Below, piece after piece: positions 1 to 12,778 of a stretch of 64,000 nucleotides of DNA. The notes beneath the pieces were generated by a model. That model was not told where the DNA came from and made no database searches. It saw only the letters and a program-made list of their open reading frames with translations. This stretch comes from Mobula birostris (Eukaryota), in contig NC_092380.1 in NCBI RefSeq assembly GCF_030028105.1, positions 55,177,717 to 55,241,716 on the forward strand, in the 5' to 3' direction. Positions within the stretch are counted from its first letter, which is position 1. Each line of letters starts with the position of its first letter. Position numbers and translations under genes: made by a program.

Positions 1-580
1 TTTTCCGCTTGAAAAATGCATGCAAGAAAGCAATTCTTCGAGTATTCTTGCAATATGAGATGCTAAGCTGTAAGAATCCTTTATATTTGATAAGCCAATT
101 ACTCATATCTTCCATTCATACCATTTCATTTGCATCCAACCATGGTGCAGGAATAGGCTATGATTAATATGTATATCATGTGTCTCACAGTAGGACATTC
201 ATTTAGTTAGAATCCATAAATAACATAAGACAGTGAGTATTTAATGCCAATATGTTATTAGATTGTTGAACAAAACAACTTTGAATTGATTTTATTTTAC
301 AAAACAGTTACCTAGAACAAAATAAACAACTATAATGCAAGCTTGGATTCCAGTGAGGTTCCTCAGCAGTCAAGGCCATGGGCATTAGGCTTAGAGCATG
401 TTCTAATTCTTCATTAGAGACCTTGTAATCTCACTACTTACTGTAGATTAAATCATAATCAACAGATTGATAGTAATATTGTGAGGAATCCCAGCAGTGC
501 CCATGACAGCAATGTGGCGGAAGTATTCTATAGATTCACATATATCATACACTGAAGGGGTAGGGCACATATATCAAATG

Positions 581-680
581 AAGCAAAAGACTGCAGAAGC
601 AGAAAACCTGAAACAAAATCAGAGTCTGCTGGAAGTGCTCAGTATCAGTAGGATGAGAATCTTAGTCATCATCTGACTTA
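581..680 (-). mobile_element. Degenerate Penelope-like pseudo-LTR fragment
   Basis: aaaagactgcagaagcag...tctgctggaagtgctcag resembles the better-preserved copy at 2762-2945. Confidence 0.4.
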
Positions 681-724
681 TTGTTAAAGTGGAATTCAGA
701 ACTGACCTCCCAACTGAAGGAAGC

Positions 725-1400
725 CGCAGGCAAATGTGCAAACTAATTTATGCACAACAAGCATGCACAAAGAGAAGTGAGATAACAGATTCTTCAATTT
801 GCTTTCTAGTGATTATCATCGAAATGAAATGCTGACAGTGAATGCAGGAAGACTTTCCAGTTCTTCTTCATTCTGCTACAGCCACCTAAGAAAGCAAGTT
901 AGTGGCTTCAGTTTCATATCCCTTTCAATGTAATGGTTTCTCCCTCAGTGTAACATGAAAGCATCACTTTCAGCTACAATATCTCCATCATTAAATTCTC
1001 ACCTTTATCTTTAAATCTCCCTTGGACCTTGGCCCTTTCTAATCTCTGCACTCATATCCAATTCTTGCCTTTTAAACATCCTGTGTTTTGTTCACTTCTT
1101 CGTAAGCACCCTTGCCTTGGAATTTCCAAACTCTGGCTTTTCATCTCAACCACCTCCTGAAATCCTATCTCCTTGACCAAGGTCCCGGCCATCATCCTAT
1201 CAGCTCCACGTGCGACTTGCTGTCAGAATTTATTTGACAAGCAAACCTGTTAAGTGCCTTGGGAATGTTCTATCACGTTAAAGGCACGAAACAAATCCAG
1301 CTGACGTATGGATAATATGCTCAAATCCCCAGAGTAGGGTTTCAACCCATAATCTCCTGACACACAGGCAAGATTGCTGCCAGCTAAGACAAAGGTGACG
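725..1400 (-). mobile_element. Deu-domain tRNA SINE (SacSINE1-like), split by an L2 fragment
   Basis: 725-975 resembles the reverse complement of the Deu body seen at 63440-63775. 1310-1400 (ctcaaatccccagagtagggtttcaacccataatctcctgacac) resembles the reversed tRNA-like head. Confidence 0.55.
976..1305 (+). mobile_element. L2 LINE 3' end fragment
   Basis: Ends in aagtgccttgggaatgttctatcacgttaaaggcac, the typical L2 3' tail. Confidence 0.55.
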
Positions 1401-2662
1401 CCACATTCAAAGGGTTAAATGTCAGGTGGGAGCAACATGCTGAATTCAGGACACAGAATACATTTGCAGCAGCTTTCCATTGGAGCTGTCAGCTGTGAAC
1501 ACTGAGTGGTTGGAATGGGTACACTGCTGCCAGATTAACTGTGCAAACACTTATAGTGTAACAAAGCTTGACGAAGTAGGTGAGATCAAAACCCAGTACA
1601 ACTCCCTAATAAAAGTATGAGTTTATTTTACAAACTACACTGCTGGGGTAAATAAAAAAAAGTAATCATTAGTGAGATCAGAAATGATACATAAAATTCT
1701 ATTTCTATATCACAAAGACAAAAGAACTACTAGTAGGAGAAACAGAAGGATCTTTGAATACAGGGAAATTTGTGAACATTTTGTGACATACCAGTGATAT
1801 TGACCTTGGTTCTGATTCCTAGAGCCACACAAGTTTTAATTTTATTCAAATACAAACACTAAATAAAGTCAATTCTGTTCTATTTTTTGTAACCATGTAA
1901 ACCAGCAAGAAATGTCTTGTTCATGAATAAACATTCTTCTTCATTGAAACTGGAAAACCAGGGCTTAAAATCTGTGCTCTGGCTCCAACCTAAAAATCTT
2001 TCCTTGTCACTTATCTGAAATGACTAGTATGAAGCAGCAGAGCGAATATCAGGAATGTTTCACAGAGAGTTTAAGTTTGTTTATAATCTCCTTTCAGCTT
2101 CGTCCAAGTCAGCTGCAACACCCTGTCCAACTCTTCAATGCAGCAGAGCCAGACACACTCAGCTGGGAGTAAAATATCATGAAACTGTTGAGGAAGATCA
2201 GGAAATTCTTCCCAACAGTACTCCAACCAACATCTAGCTACTTATCTTTTCAACTGGAATTTCAAGATATTCACAGCGCAGTTACCTGACACATGTGGCC
2301 ATTGATGCCAATCTAACTGAGCCTTTTCCCTCTCTTTGCATCTCTTCCTATTTGCTTATCCTTCACTTCAGTCCAATTAGTCCTTGTGGTAATAAGTTAC
2401 ACATTCTAACCACCCTCCCTGAGCGCAGAGTTCCCTATTGGATTTACTTGCTGCTGTACTACACTGCAAGTAAAACCATCTCTACTTCAGACTGCCCAAT
2501 TTTCTCAGGACCTATCATGCTACTTACCTTTGTGTCCTTTCCAAGAGAAAATACTTCCTCTTCTCAATATTTCCTAATCAATATCTCAGTTCTGATCACA
2601 GTTTATTGGTCCTTTCCTATTTTATAATATGGAGATCAGAACTGCAAATATGATCTAAAAAA

Positions 2663-2760
2663 TATAGAACATAGAACGCAGAAATTTAGAGCACATTAGA
2701 GGCCCTTTGGCCCATAATGTTCTGCCGACCATGTAACCTACAATGAGACTTCATACATTT
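2663..2760 (-). mobile_element. CR1 LINE 3' tail
   Basis: atagaacatagaac is the reversed (TTCTATG)n tail, followed by ggccctttggccc, the reversed terminal stem. Confidence 0.65.
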
Positions 2761-2761
2761 A

Positions 2762-2945
2762 TAAACAAGAGAAAATCTGCAGATGCTGGAAATCCAAATT
2801 GCACACACTAAATGCTGGAGGAACCCAGCAGACCAGGCAGCATCTATGGAAAAAAGTACAACTGGCGTTTCAGGCCGAGGCCCTTCAGCAGACTGGAGAA
2901 AAAAAAGGTATGGAGTAGATTTAAAAGGTGGGGGGAGGGGATGGA
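2762..2945 (-). mobile_element. Penelope-like pseudo-LTR with degenerate hammerhead ribozyme core
   Basis: Minus strand reads cagt-CTGCTGA-agggcctcggcct-GAAA-cgcc-agttg, then the gatgctgcc...cagcatt...ctgcag tail shared with four other copies. Confidence 0.72.
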
Positions 2946-4067
2946 GAAACACAGGATGGTCTATGGTAGGGATGCCTACCCTGAAGAAGTTTAAATCTTC
3001 CCTTCAATGAGAGTTCAGTGAAACTCTGTCTCAGCACTCCCCCTCTTGTGATCTCTGTGTCCCTCCAACTCTTCGGCCACGCGCATATCCAGACCCATTA
3101 TCACAGATCATACATTTATCATTGTTTTTTGCTAATCTCTTCCATTTAGAAATGAAACCCAAGCTTTTTAATCTGCATCACAGATTCCCAACCTTTTTTA
3201 TGCTGTGCACCAATACCATTAAGCAAGGAGTCCATAAACCCCAGGCTGGAAACTCCTGATCTACATTACGATTGATAGTTTATCTTCCATCCCAGCACTT
3301 CAATTCAACAAATTTTCTAGACAGCATGCCCCTTGCAAAATATACCACCTTACTGTCATCTTGTTGAAATTTAAAATGGGTTGTCTTGCCTCTGAATTTG
3401 TGATTGCATTTCTAGAATGTATCTTGTGGGTTGTACAGAAATGTAGTGTGTCCTTTTGTCATGAAAAGTACAACATAAATAGATGCCTTTCCTTTTTTTT
3501 AATCCTATTTCTCCTAACTCAATCCAATCTTGTAGCCTTTATCTAACTCTACTAAACCTAGCATTTTCTTTCTAATATCCAGTTCAAATCTGTGCACGTA
3601 TAACAGGAGAAATAACAGAAGGACAGGTTCCCGATGAAATCCCACTATAATTGGACTCTGCTGTGTGACTCTGTGCAGGGGTCCATGACATCATGGAGTA
3701 ATAGATGTGCCATCACCCACCATGCAACATGGCGCTGCACTGATGTTACTCTGAGCAGAGCCTGACACTTCCTGAACTAAAAATGGACGAATGCTGCTGG
3801 TTTCCTTTGGAATTTCACAGCTCAGTAAACTTTCAATTTCACTAAATCCTAGTGAATCTTACTTAACTCTGCATCCTCTTTCAACCAGCCTAAAGCCACT
3901 TTCAACTAAATTCCTCTGAAAGTTATTCTGTTGTCGACTGTTTCCTTGATCTGCGGTGCTCATCAACTCAGCAGGCTAGGTAATGATAGAAAAAGAAAGG
4001 GAAAAGCTGAGCCGAAATGATGGCAGACAAAAGTGGCCAGTTCTGAAAATTTTTTAGAAAGACCGAG

Positions 4068-4280
4068 TTATCTGAAGTTGGAGTAATGGATATTATGTTC
4101 ACAAGGCTGTAATAAGCTCAGTCTGAAAATGACGTGCTGTTCCTCAAACCTTAGGCCTCATTGTAACAGTGCAGAGGCCACAGGCGGAAAGGTCAGAGTG
4201 GGATCAGGATGGTGAATTAAAGTGGCCGGCAGCTGGAAGGGCAGTGTCACCCCTGTGGACTGAATGCGAATGCTCTTTTC
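4068..4280 (-). mobile_element. Penelope-like element, GIY-YIG endonuclease C-terminal remnant
   Basis: Minus-strand translation gives PAAGHFNSPS*SHSDLS and EEQHVIFRLSLLQPCEHNIHYSNFR*, matching the PLE pattern HFN...EExHLIFRLxxLQPxGxN. Confidence 0.75.
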
Positions 4281-7249
4281 CACACTAACCACATCTTTGG
4301 GAATTGAACGCCAGTGCACTAAGTGATATGCTTGGAGGAAAGATTCTTAGGAAATCACTCAGGGTAGTTGCAGACTGTTCCATTGGGAGGAGTTATGTAG
4401 TTTAAGATGGCATTCTTTAAAGAAAAATACTTATTTTTTGCAAATTGCCACTATCAGGAAGCTAAAATCCTTTGTTTATGCACTGAATATGTTTGGTTTT
4501 GGGAAATGTTGGCAGGTATCAAAGTGTTTATGCTTTTTAAGTTGTTTTCCCATTCTGCTCCCCCGCTCCATCAAAACGAATAATCTTACAGACTTTTGCA
4601 AATTACTGCAAATAAGAAGAAGCCAAAATTATTTCTCCCAAATGTGTTTTGTCTGCAGCTCAGTCACAATCCTTTGAAGTGAATTCCACATTTTGGGCAT
4701 GATCTTCATTTAATCCAGCACATTGATTTAACAAGATTTTACATCCATCAGTAAGTTGTATTTGAAAGAAATAATTGATTTCCATAGATTTCATGATCTG
4801 TTATTTCACAATTCTAGGCTTGCTTTTCGTAAATATTTAATCTGATCATTGTTGTAGGTTTTCCCCTTGAAATTGTTTTTTTGTGTTTTCCATGGATCTT
4901 CCTTTGCTTTCTTTTTCATTAACTTCTTGATCTTATAAATGTTGGATTTAAATTTGCTTTACATCTTACCGGAGTCTCGCCCCATCAGTCAAAAGTTTGG
5001 AGGGGAAATCTGAGCAAGTAAAGCTGACATTCTAGAGCCGAACTTGTTTCAAGATATGGATTCTGCATCCACTTGCTACTTGCCTTGTAGATAACTATGG
5101 CTGCAATGTGCAGTACATGGGTAACAGACAATTCCACTTTGCTCCCAGACTGTTCTGTCGGGTAAACCATTGGTGGCCATTAACTGATATTTGGCTTGCA
5201 GAGGAGATCACTTAAAAGGCAAACATTTGCTGATGGCATGATGTCCTTCTTCTTATGCACACCCTTTGCAGTCAAAGATGATTTGCTTTCACTAATGTAA
5301 TGGGCAGAGGGAACATGTGATTTTTCTGATGGAGGGGTGATTGGCAGTTGCAGATCAGCTCCCATAGAGACTTCACCAAGGGTGGGTTTGGTCCAACAGC
5401 AACAAGGCTCAAGACAATTGGTGACCATGTTCTGATGAATGGGCACACACAACCTAGAGACCTCACATCTGGTTAAGTCACTCACAAACACTCTAACCAC
5501 ATCCAGTTCCGGTTTCACGCAGCAGTGGCACTCTCATCCGCCTCCAAACCCCTCCCCTCATCTATATCTGGTCTATCTGCCCTTTACCTTTCCCCTGCAG
5601 TCCTTGTTCTCAGGAGATGCAGTCTGACAACACAGACACCTGCTCCTGCTCTGAGCACTAATATGGAAAGGTACAAGTACATACATTTGGGAGAACAGGG
5701 AATGGGGGAGGAGACAGTTTCTTTCAAGTCATGAGTGATTAACATGGAAATCATTTGTGCCCCACTTTTGAGATGGTGTAAACTCATTTCCATCTGTTAC
5801 CCTCAACGATAATGCTCCTGAGAAAGGTTATCATAGTTTCACCGATCAATCATTTGGGAGGAAGTGGAAATTCAAAACAAGTGAAGAAATATTATGGCCT
5901 TGTTGGCTGATACTTCAAATGCACAATGTTTGCAAAGTTCACCCATGAAACTGACTACCTCTCGCCAGGAGTTCCAGACTGAGCCCGAGACCCTGACAAT
6001 GCCCAATGTTTTAATCAGTTGTACCCACAAAGCTTTGAGGAACTGGGCTTTTGGAGGGTGGGGACCATTAGCCATTGGAAAGTCTGTGTGATTCAGCGAG
6101 AGACTAACCATGTTGGTGGGCAGCTGGCCGAAAGGTGGTCAACTCAGTAACCTGCAAACCCCTCTGCCAATCACAACACCTCCCACTTGACAACAGTTCT
6201 CTTAACTGCTGGTGTGTGGATATACAGCCCTTTGCATTCTAATCTATTCTTTACAAAGAATTGTGCAAAAGCTAGGCTTTTTTTGTTGTTCAATCCAACA
6301 TTCATTCTTTAACTAAAACCACCCAGAAGACGTTATCTCATCTCATTGGGTGGAACTTCTATTTTGAAGTTGCACCACACCTCACTCTGTGTTGCTTCGA
6401 GTTGGCCTGAAAATGTGCTAAGCACTGTATTAATGCAAATTATTTGTCTTTCATTTCCTCATCATATGTTTCCCCCGATTGTCAATTTACCCATTCTCCT
6501 TCATTCAGTCTCTTTCTGCCATGACTGAATCAGTGAAGGCTAGAGCTGGCAGTCCAAACCCAAGACCTTTTGGCAGCACTGTCAAGAGACTTACCACAGG
6601 TCTTGGCAGCAGATGAAATATTTGTCAAACCTTTGGCAGTGACAAGGTGAATTCTTTTCCAGGAATTTTGACATTGATTTTACACATTACAGAATTCACC
6701 AGGAACATTACAAAGTGCCCTAAATCATAATGTAAATTAATTCTGCAAATGGGATTTTCTTCACTGTAAAACTGGGGTGGGGGCCAAAATGTAGCTTCCT
6801 GGAATGTACGTAATGCAAAGAGAGTGTCCGGGGCAGACAGCAATTGCCCCTCTGGTTGCCCCTTATTATGGTTCTCTGGAAAACGAACAAACACCAACAG
6901 CCTGACGCGAACTTTGCTCTGCTGCTTGCAAAGATACAAGGATTCCGATTATACAGGGTGACTGTCTGAGCTCTGTCCTGGCACCAATTCGCTTTAATCA
7001 GTCTGATATTTTCACCTCAAGAGGATACGTCTGGTTCGTGAATAAAATGTGCACTACTGTGGTTCACTTCAAAAGGAGCTGGGTGGTATTTAATGCAGGA
7101 GTAGATATTTCATCTTCTTACATTATGCAGTTAAATAATATATAATCACATGTGCTGTATTATAGATTAGGGTGAATGGAGGGAAATTACATTGCAGGAT
7201 CAATTAGATATTAAATTCACCAGCCATATACATCAATTATTTGTCTTTG

Positions 7250-7560
7250 AGAAACCAAGGACCGTTGCTCTTTGTGATTTTGATATGTGACTCGAATGAG
7301 GAAGGGGAAGGATGGATTACTAACTTTGCTGATGATACAATGATTTGAGGAACTGTGGATAGTGTGGATGGCTGTTGAAGGTTGTGGTGGAACATTGACA
7401 AGATGCAGAGCTTGGCTGAGAAGCAGCAAATAGATTTCAACCTGGAAAAGTGTGAAGTGATTCACTTAGGAAAGTTGAATTTGAAGGCAGAATATAGGGT
7501 TAGTGTCAGGATTCTTGGCAGTTTGGAGGAACAGAGGGTTCTTGGGGTCCGTGTGTCCAG
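7250..7560 (+). mobile_element. CR1 LINE RT fragment
   Basis: FADD codons at ~7325; ORF 7382-7612 has QIDFNLEKCEVIHLG. Confidence 0.8.
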
Positions 7561-8214
7561 CAGATGCAATCTCACTGGCTCTCCATTTGGCATTAGATCA
7601 TCTGAACAATAGCAATACTTATGTCAGACATACTGCTCCCTCTAAGCTGCATGGGTGTGCGGCCGCACAGCGACTGAAATGATCCTGTGCTCATAGCCTT
7701 TGTTACCATGCAGTTTCTATAATTTTCAAATTATGCCATAATAATTTTGAAATCTGTTCATATAATTGCGAAATACCATGTAATTAACTATGCGTTAATA
7801 AATATAATCCACAAAATTTCACAATAATAAATGTACCATAACCTTTACTTTGAAACATTTTGGTGCTTCAGTATACTTCCATTGTCAGTGTTTAAAGTTA
7901 CAACACTGTTACAAATTGTAACAACAAACATTGTATGGAAGTTTTGTGGTAGCTCATTGTTAGTAAACTGCTAACCTACTGAATGATGAAGCCGTCTAGT
8001 CAAAACATTTTACTTTTTTCATTATGTCTGTCAATTGTTTTGACATCATTTACTTGAGTTATGAATTGTAGTTTGTGATTGATGTGAAAAAATTTATATT
8101 CTGACTTTCTTGGTAAGTAAACTTTCAAAAATCATATTTTAATAAGAATTCTTAAAATAAAATTGTGTTAGAACAAGGTAAGAATTCATTTTTATAAAAT
8201 TGTTTGCATGACTG

Positions 8215-9752
8215 CTTAAGGAAGTAGCCCAAGAAATAGTGGATGCATTAGTGATAATTTTTCAAAACTCATTAGATTCTGGACTAGTCCCTGAGGATTG
8301 GAGGCTGGCTAATGTAACCCCACTTTTTAAAAAAGGAGGGAGAGAGAAACCAGGGAATTATAGACCGGTTGCCAAACGTCGGTGGTGGGGAAACTGCTGG
8401 AGTCAGTTATCAAAGATGTGATAACAGCACATTTGGAAAGCGGTGAAATCATCGGACAAAGTCAGCATGGATTTGTGAAAGGAAAATCATGTCTGACGAA
8501 CCTCATAGAATTTTTTGAGGATGTAACTAGTGGAGTGGATAGGGGAGAACCAGTGGATGTGGTATATTTGGATTTTCAAAAGGCTTTTGACAAGGTCCCA
8601 CACAGGAGATTAGTGTGTAAACTTAAAGCACACGGTATTGGGGGTAAGGTATTGATGTGGATAGAGAATTGGTTAGCAGGCAGGAAGCAAAGAGTGGGAA
8701 TAAACGGGACCTTTTCAGAATGGCAGGCAGCGACTAGTGGGGTACCGCAAGGCTCAGTGCTGGGACCCTAGTTGTTTACAATACATATTAATGACTTGGA
8801 TGAGGGAATTAAATGCAGCATCTCCAAGTTTGCGGATGACACGAAGCTGGGCGGCAGTGTTAGCTGTGAGAAGGATGCTAAGAGAATGCAGGATGTCTTG
8901 GATAGGTTGGGTGAGTGGGCAAATTCATGGCAGATGCAATTTAATGTGGATAAATGTGAAGTTATCCACTTTGGTGGCAAAAATAGGAAAACAGATTATT
9001 ATCTGAATGGTGGCCGATTAGGAAAAGGGGAGGTGCAACGAGACCTGGGTGTCATTATACACCAGTCATTGAAAGTGGGCATGCAGGTACAGCAGGCGGT
9101 GAAAAAGGCGAATGGTATGCTGGCATTTATAGCGAGAGGATTTGAGTACAGGAGCAGGGAGGTACTACTGCAGTTGTACAAGGCCTTGGTGAGACCACAC
9201 CTGGAGTATTGTGTGCAGTTTTGGTCCCCTAGACTAAGGAAAGACATCCTTGCCATAGAGGGAGTACAAAGAAGGTTCACCAGATTGATTCCTGGGATGG
9301 CAGGACTTTCATATGAAGAAAGACTGGATGAACTGGGCTTGTACTTGTTGGAATTTAGAAGATTGAGGGGGGATCTGATTGAAACGTATAAAATCCTAAA
9401 GGGATTGGACAGGCTAGATGCAGGAAGATTGTTCCCGATGTTGGGGAAGTCCAGAACGAGGGGTCACAGTTTGAGGATAAAGGGGAAGCCTTTTAGGACT
9501 GAGATTAGGAAAAACTTCTTCACACAGACAGTCGTGAATCTGTGGAATTCTCTGCCACAGGAAACAGTTGAGGCTGGTTCATTGGCTATATTTAAGAGGG
9601 AGTTAGATATGGCCCTTGTGGCTATGGGGATCAGGGGGTATGGAGGGAAGGCTGGTGCAGGGTTCTGAGTTGGATGATCAGCCATGATCATAATAAATGG
9701 TGGTGCAGGCTCGAAGGGCCGAATGGCCTACTCCTGCACCTATTTTTTTTCT
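8215..9752 (+). mobile_element. CR1 LINE, 5'-truncated, near-intact ORF2 reverse transcriptase
   Basis: ORFs 8239, 8382 and 8772 give [49 protein letters not shown]. One frameshift (~8370) and one TAG (8769). Flanked by ATGACTG at 8208-8214 and 9753-9759. Confidence 0.95.
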
Positions 9753-10316
9753 ATGACTGTGGTTATTTTATTAAAATATAAAATTTTCAACTACCTTGTT
9801 ATTTTTTCAAATAATTATTATTATTTTTAGTATACTAAGGATGTTGAAAAGAAAAGCAGAAGAGTTAAATGCTTTGAAGAACAAAGTTTGTATAAACTTT
9901 AAGGTACAATGCCTTTTGCAACTCATAAATGTGAACTACTGTCTTTGCATCAAACACAAAAAAAAATTAAAAATTGGCAAAATTTTTACATATCAAGATA
10001 TTGGCGATGTTGTATGTACTATTTATGCAGAAGCAAAAATTGAGGGCGAGATCAGTAGTAAAAAAAATTGGAAGAATGGAAGTTACAATACTTAAACCAA
10101 CATTTTAATCAGATAATTCATATAGATTCAAAACTACCAAATTGTGCATCCAGAAGAGAAGTGGAATTTTGCACGTGAACTGAAACTCCAAGAGTGTGAA
10201 GCAAGAATGAAAAAAGACACATGAAAGAAGTCTAGCTCTGGTATGGTCAAAGTAGTAATTGACAACATTATCTTTGCAATTAAAGTTAACATTTCTCTGC
10301 AGTCCATGCAAGAAAT

Positions 10317-12778
10317 TCAGAATCAGAATTAGAATTAGGATTAATATCACCGCCATTTTGTACCGGCAGCAATACAACGCAATACATGATAACATAAGGA
10401 AAAAAGGTAAATGAATTACAGTGAGTATATATACACACACACACACATATGTATAATAAATAGTTAAATGAAAAATAGTGCAAAAACAGAAATAATATAT
10501 ATTTAAAAAGTGAGGTAGTGTTCATGGGTTCAATATCCATTTAGGAATCGGATGGCAGAGGGGAAGAAGCTGTTCCTGAATCGCTGAGTGTGTGCCTTCA
10601 GGCTTCTGTACCTCCTACCTGATGGTAACAGTGAGAAGAGGGTATGTCCTTGGTGATGGGAATTCTTAGTAATGGATGCTGCCTTTCTGAGGCACCGCTC
10701 CTTGAAGATATCTTGGATACTATGAAGGCTAGTACCTAAGATGGCGCTGACTAATGTGACAACTCCCTGTAGCTTCTTTCGTTCCTGTAGAGTAGCCGCC
10801 GCTGCATCCCCCCCTCCCCAATACCAGACAGTGACGCAGTCTGTCAGAATACTCCCCATGGTACATCCATAGAAGTTTTTGAGTGTTTTATGTGACAAAC
10901 CAAATCTCCTCAAATACCTAACAAAATACATCCACTGTCATCATTGATATGTTGGTACCAGCTTAGATCCTCAGAGATGTTGACTCCCAGGAACCTGAAA
11001 CTGCTCACTCTCTCCACTTCTGATTCCTCTATGAGGATTGGTTCGTGTTCCCTTGTCCTTCCCTTTCTGAAGTCCACAATCAGCCCGTACTGACATTGAG
11101 GGCAAGGTTGTTGCTGTGACACCACTCAACTAGCTGGTATATCTCACTCCAGTATGCCCCCCTCATCTCCATCTGAGATTCTGCCAATAATGGTTGTATC
11201 ACCAGCAAATTATTTGAGCTAAATCTTGTCACAGTCATGGGTGCAGAGAGTAGAGCAGTGGGCTAGAACACATCCCTGATTGTTAGCAAGGAGGAAATAT
11301 TATCATCGATCTGTACAGGTTGTGGTCTTCTGGTTAGGAAGTCAAGAATCCAATCGCAAAGGGAGGCACAGAGGCCCAGGATTTGTAGCTTATCAATCAG
11401 GTCTGTGGGAATGATGATGTTAAACACTGAGCTACAGTCAACGAACAGCATCCTGACATAGGTGATTGTATTGTCCAGGTGATCTAAGGCCGTGTGAAGA
11501 GCCATTGAGATTGCGTCTGCCATAGACCTATTGTGGCAATAGGTAAATTGCAGCGGATTTAGGTCCTTGCTGAAACAGGAGTTGATTCTAGCTATGACCA
11601 ACCTCTCAAAGCATTTCATCACCATAGATGTGAGTGCTACTAGATGTTAATCATTAAGGCAGCTCACACTGATAAGGCCCTTGTGGCTATGGAGAGAGGG
11701 CAGGTACAGGGTTCTGAGTTGGATGATCAGCCATGATCATACTGAGTGGCGGTGCAGACTCGAAGGGCCGAATGGACTACTCCTGCACCTATTTTGTATG
11801 TTTCTATGTTTACTCTTCTTAGGCACTGGTATAATTATTGCCCTTTTGAAACAGGTGGGAACTTCGGACGGTAACAGTGAGAGGTTAAAAATGTCCACAT
11901 GCCAGTTGGTTGGCACAAGATTTCAGAGACTTACCAGGTACTCCATCGGGGCCTTCTGCCTTGCAAGGGCTCACCCTCCTGAAAGACAGACTGACACTGG
12001 CCTCTGAGACAGAGGCCACAGGGACACTGGTGTGGTTCGGATCTTCACAGCTGTAGTTATATCCTCCCTTTCAAAGTGGGCATAAAAGGTGTTGAGCACA
12101 CCTGGTAGTGAAGCATCGCTGCCATTCATGCTAATGGGTTTCGTTTTGTAGGAAGTAATGTCTTGCAAACCCTGCCAGAGTTGATGTGCATCCGATGTTG
12201 CCTCTAGCCTCACTCGGAATTGTTTCTTTGCTCTTGAAATAGCCCTCCACATGTCATACCTGTTTTTCGTGAACAGACCTGGGTCACCAGACTTAAATGC
12301 CACAGATCTAGTCCTCAGCAGATGACGAATCTCCTGGTTCATCCACAGCTTATGGTTTGGGAATGTACAGCAAGTTTTCGTAGGCACACACTCATCCACA
12401 CAGATTTCAATGAAGTCGGTAACAACTGTGGCATACTCATCCATATTTGAAGAGGAATCTCTGAATACGGTCCAGTCCATCGATCCAAAGCAGTCCTGTA
12501 AGCGCTCCTGTGATTCCCTAGTCCAAACCTTCTTGGTCCTCACTACTGGCGCTGCAGTCTTCAGTCTCTGCCTATACTCAGGGAGAAGTACAACCAGATG
12601 ATCAGACATTCCAAAGTGTGGGTGTCGAATAGCACAGTAGGCATTCTTGATGGTGGTGTAACAGTGGTCCAGTGTGTTGTTTCCACTAGTATTGCAAGTG
12701 ATTTGTTGATGAAAATTATTTAGCAATCTTTTAATGCTGGCCTGGTTAAAATCCCCTAAAATGATGGTGAAGGCATCA
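10317..12778 (-). mobile_element. Rex1/Babar LINE, 5'-truncated and decayed
   Basis: APE motifs ILGDFN, TLDHCY, SDH; RT motifs [26 protein letters not shown]; C-terminal LLPSGRRYRS...FFPSAIR; (TTCTGA)n tail at 10317-10340. Confidence 0.9.
11671..11810 (+). mobile_element. CR1 3' terminal fragment nested in Rex1
   Basis: Closely similar to 9605-9752 and ends in tatgtttctatgttt. Confidence 0.85.

Noticed and set aside
2097-2168. Candidate exon after ctcctttcag
   Set aside because: Weak donor (GTAAAA) and no recognisable peptide in any frame
4966-5518. Minus-strand ORFs with a GTAAG donor near 4966 as a host exon
   Set aside because: No recognisable domain, stops between the ORFs and no convincing acceptor
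8772-9668. 298 aa ORF as a host gene
   Set aside because: It is CR1 ORF2, 5'-truncated, and preceded by an in-frame stop and a frameshift
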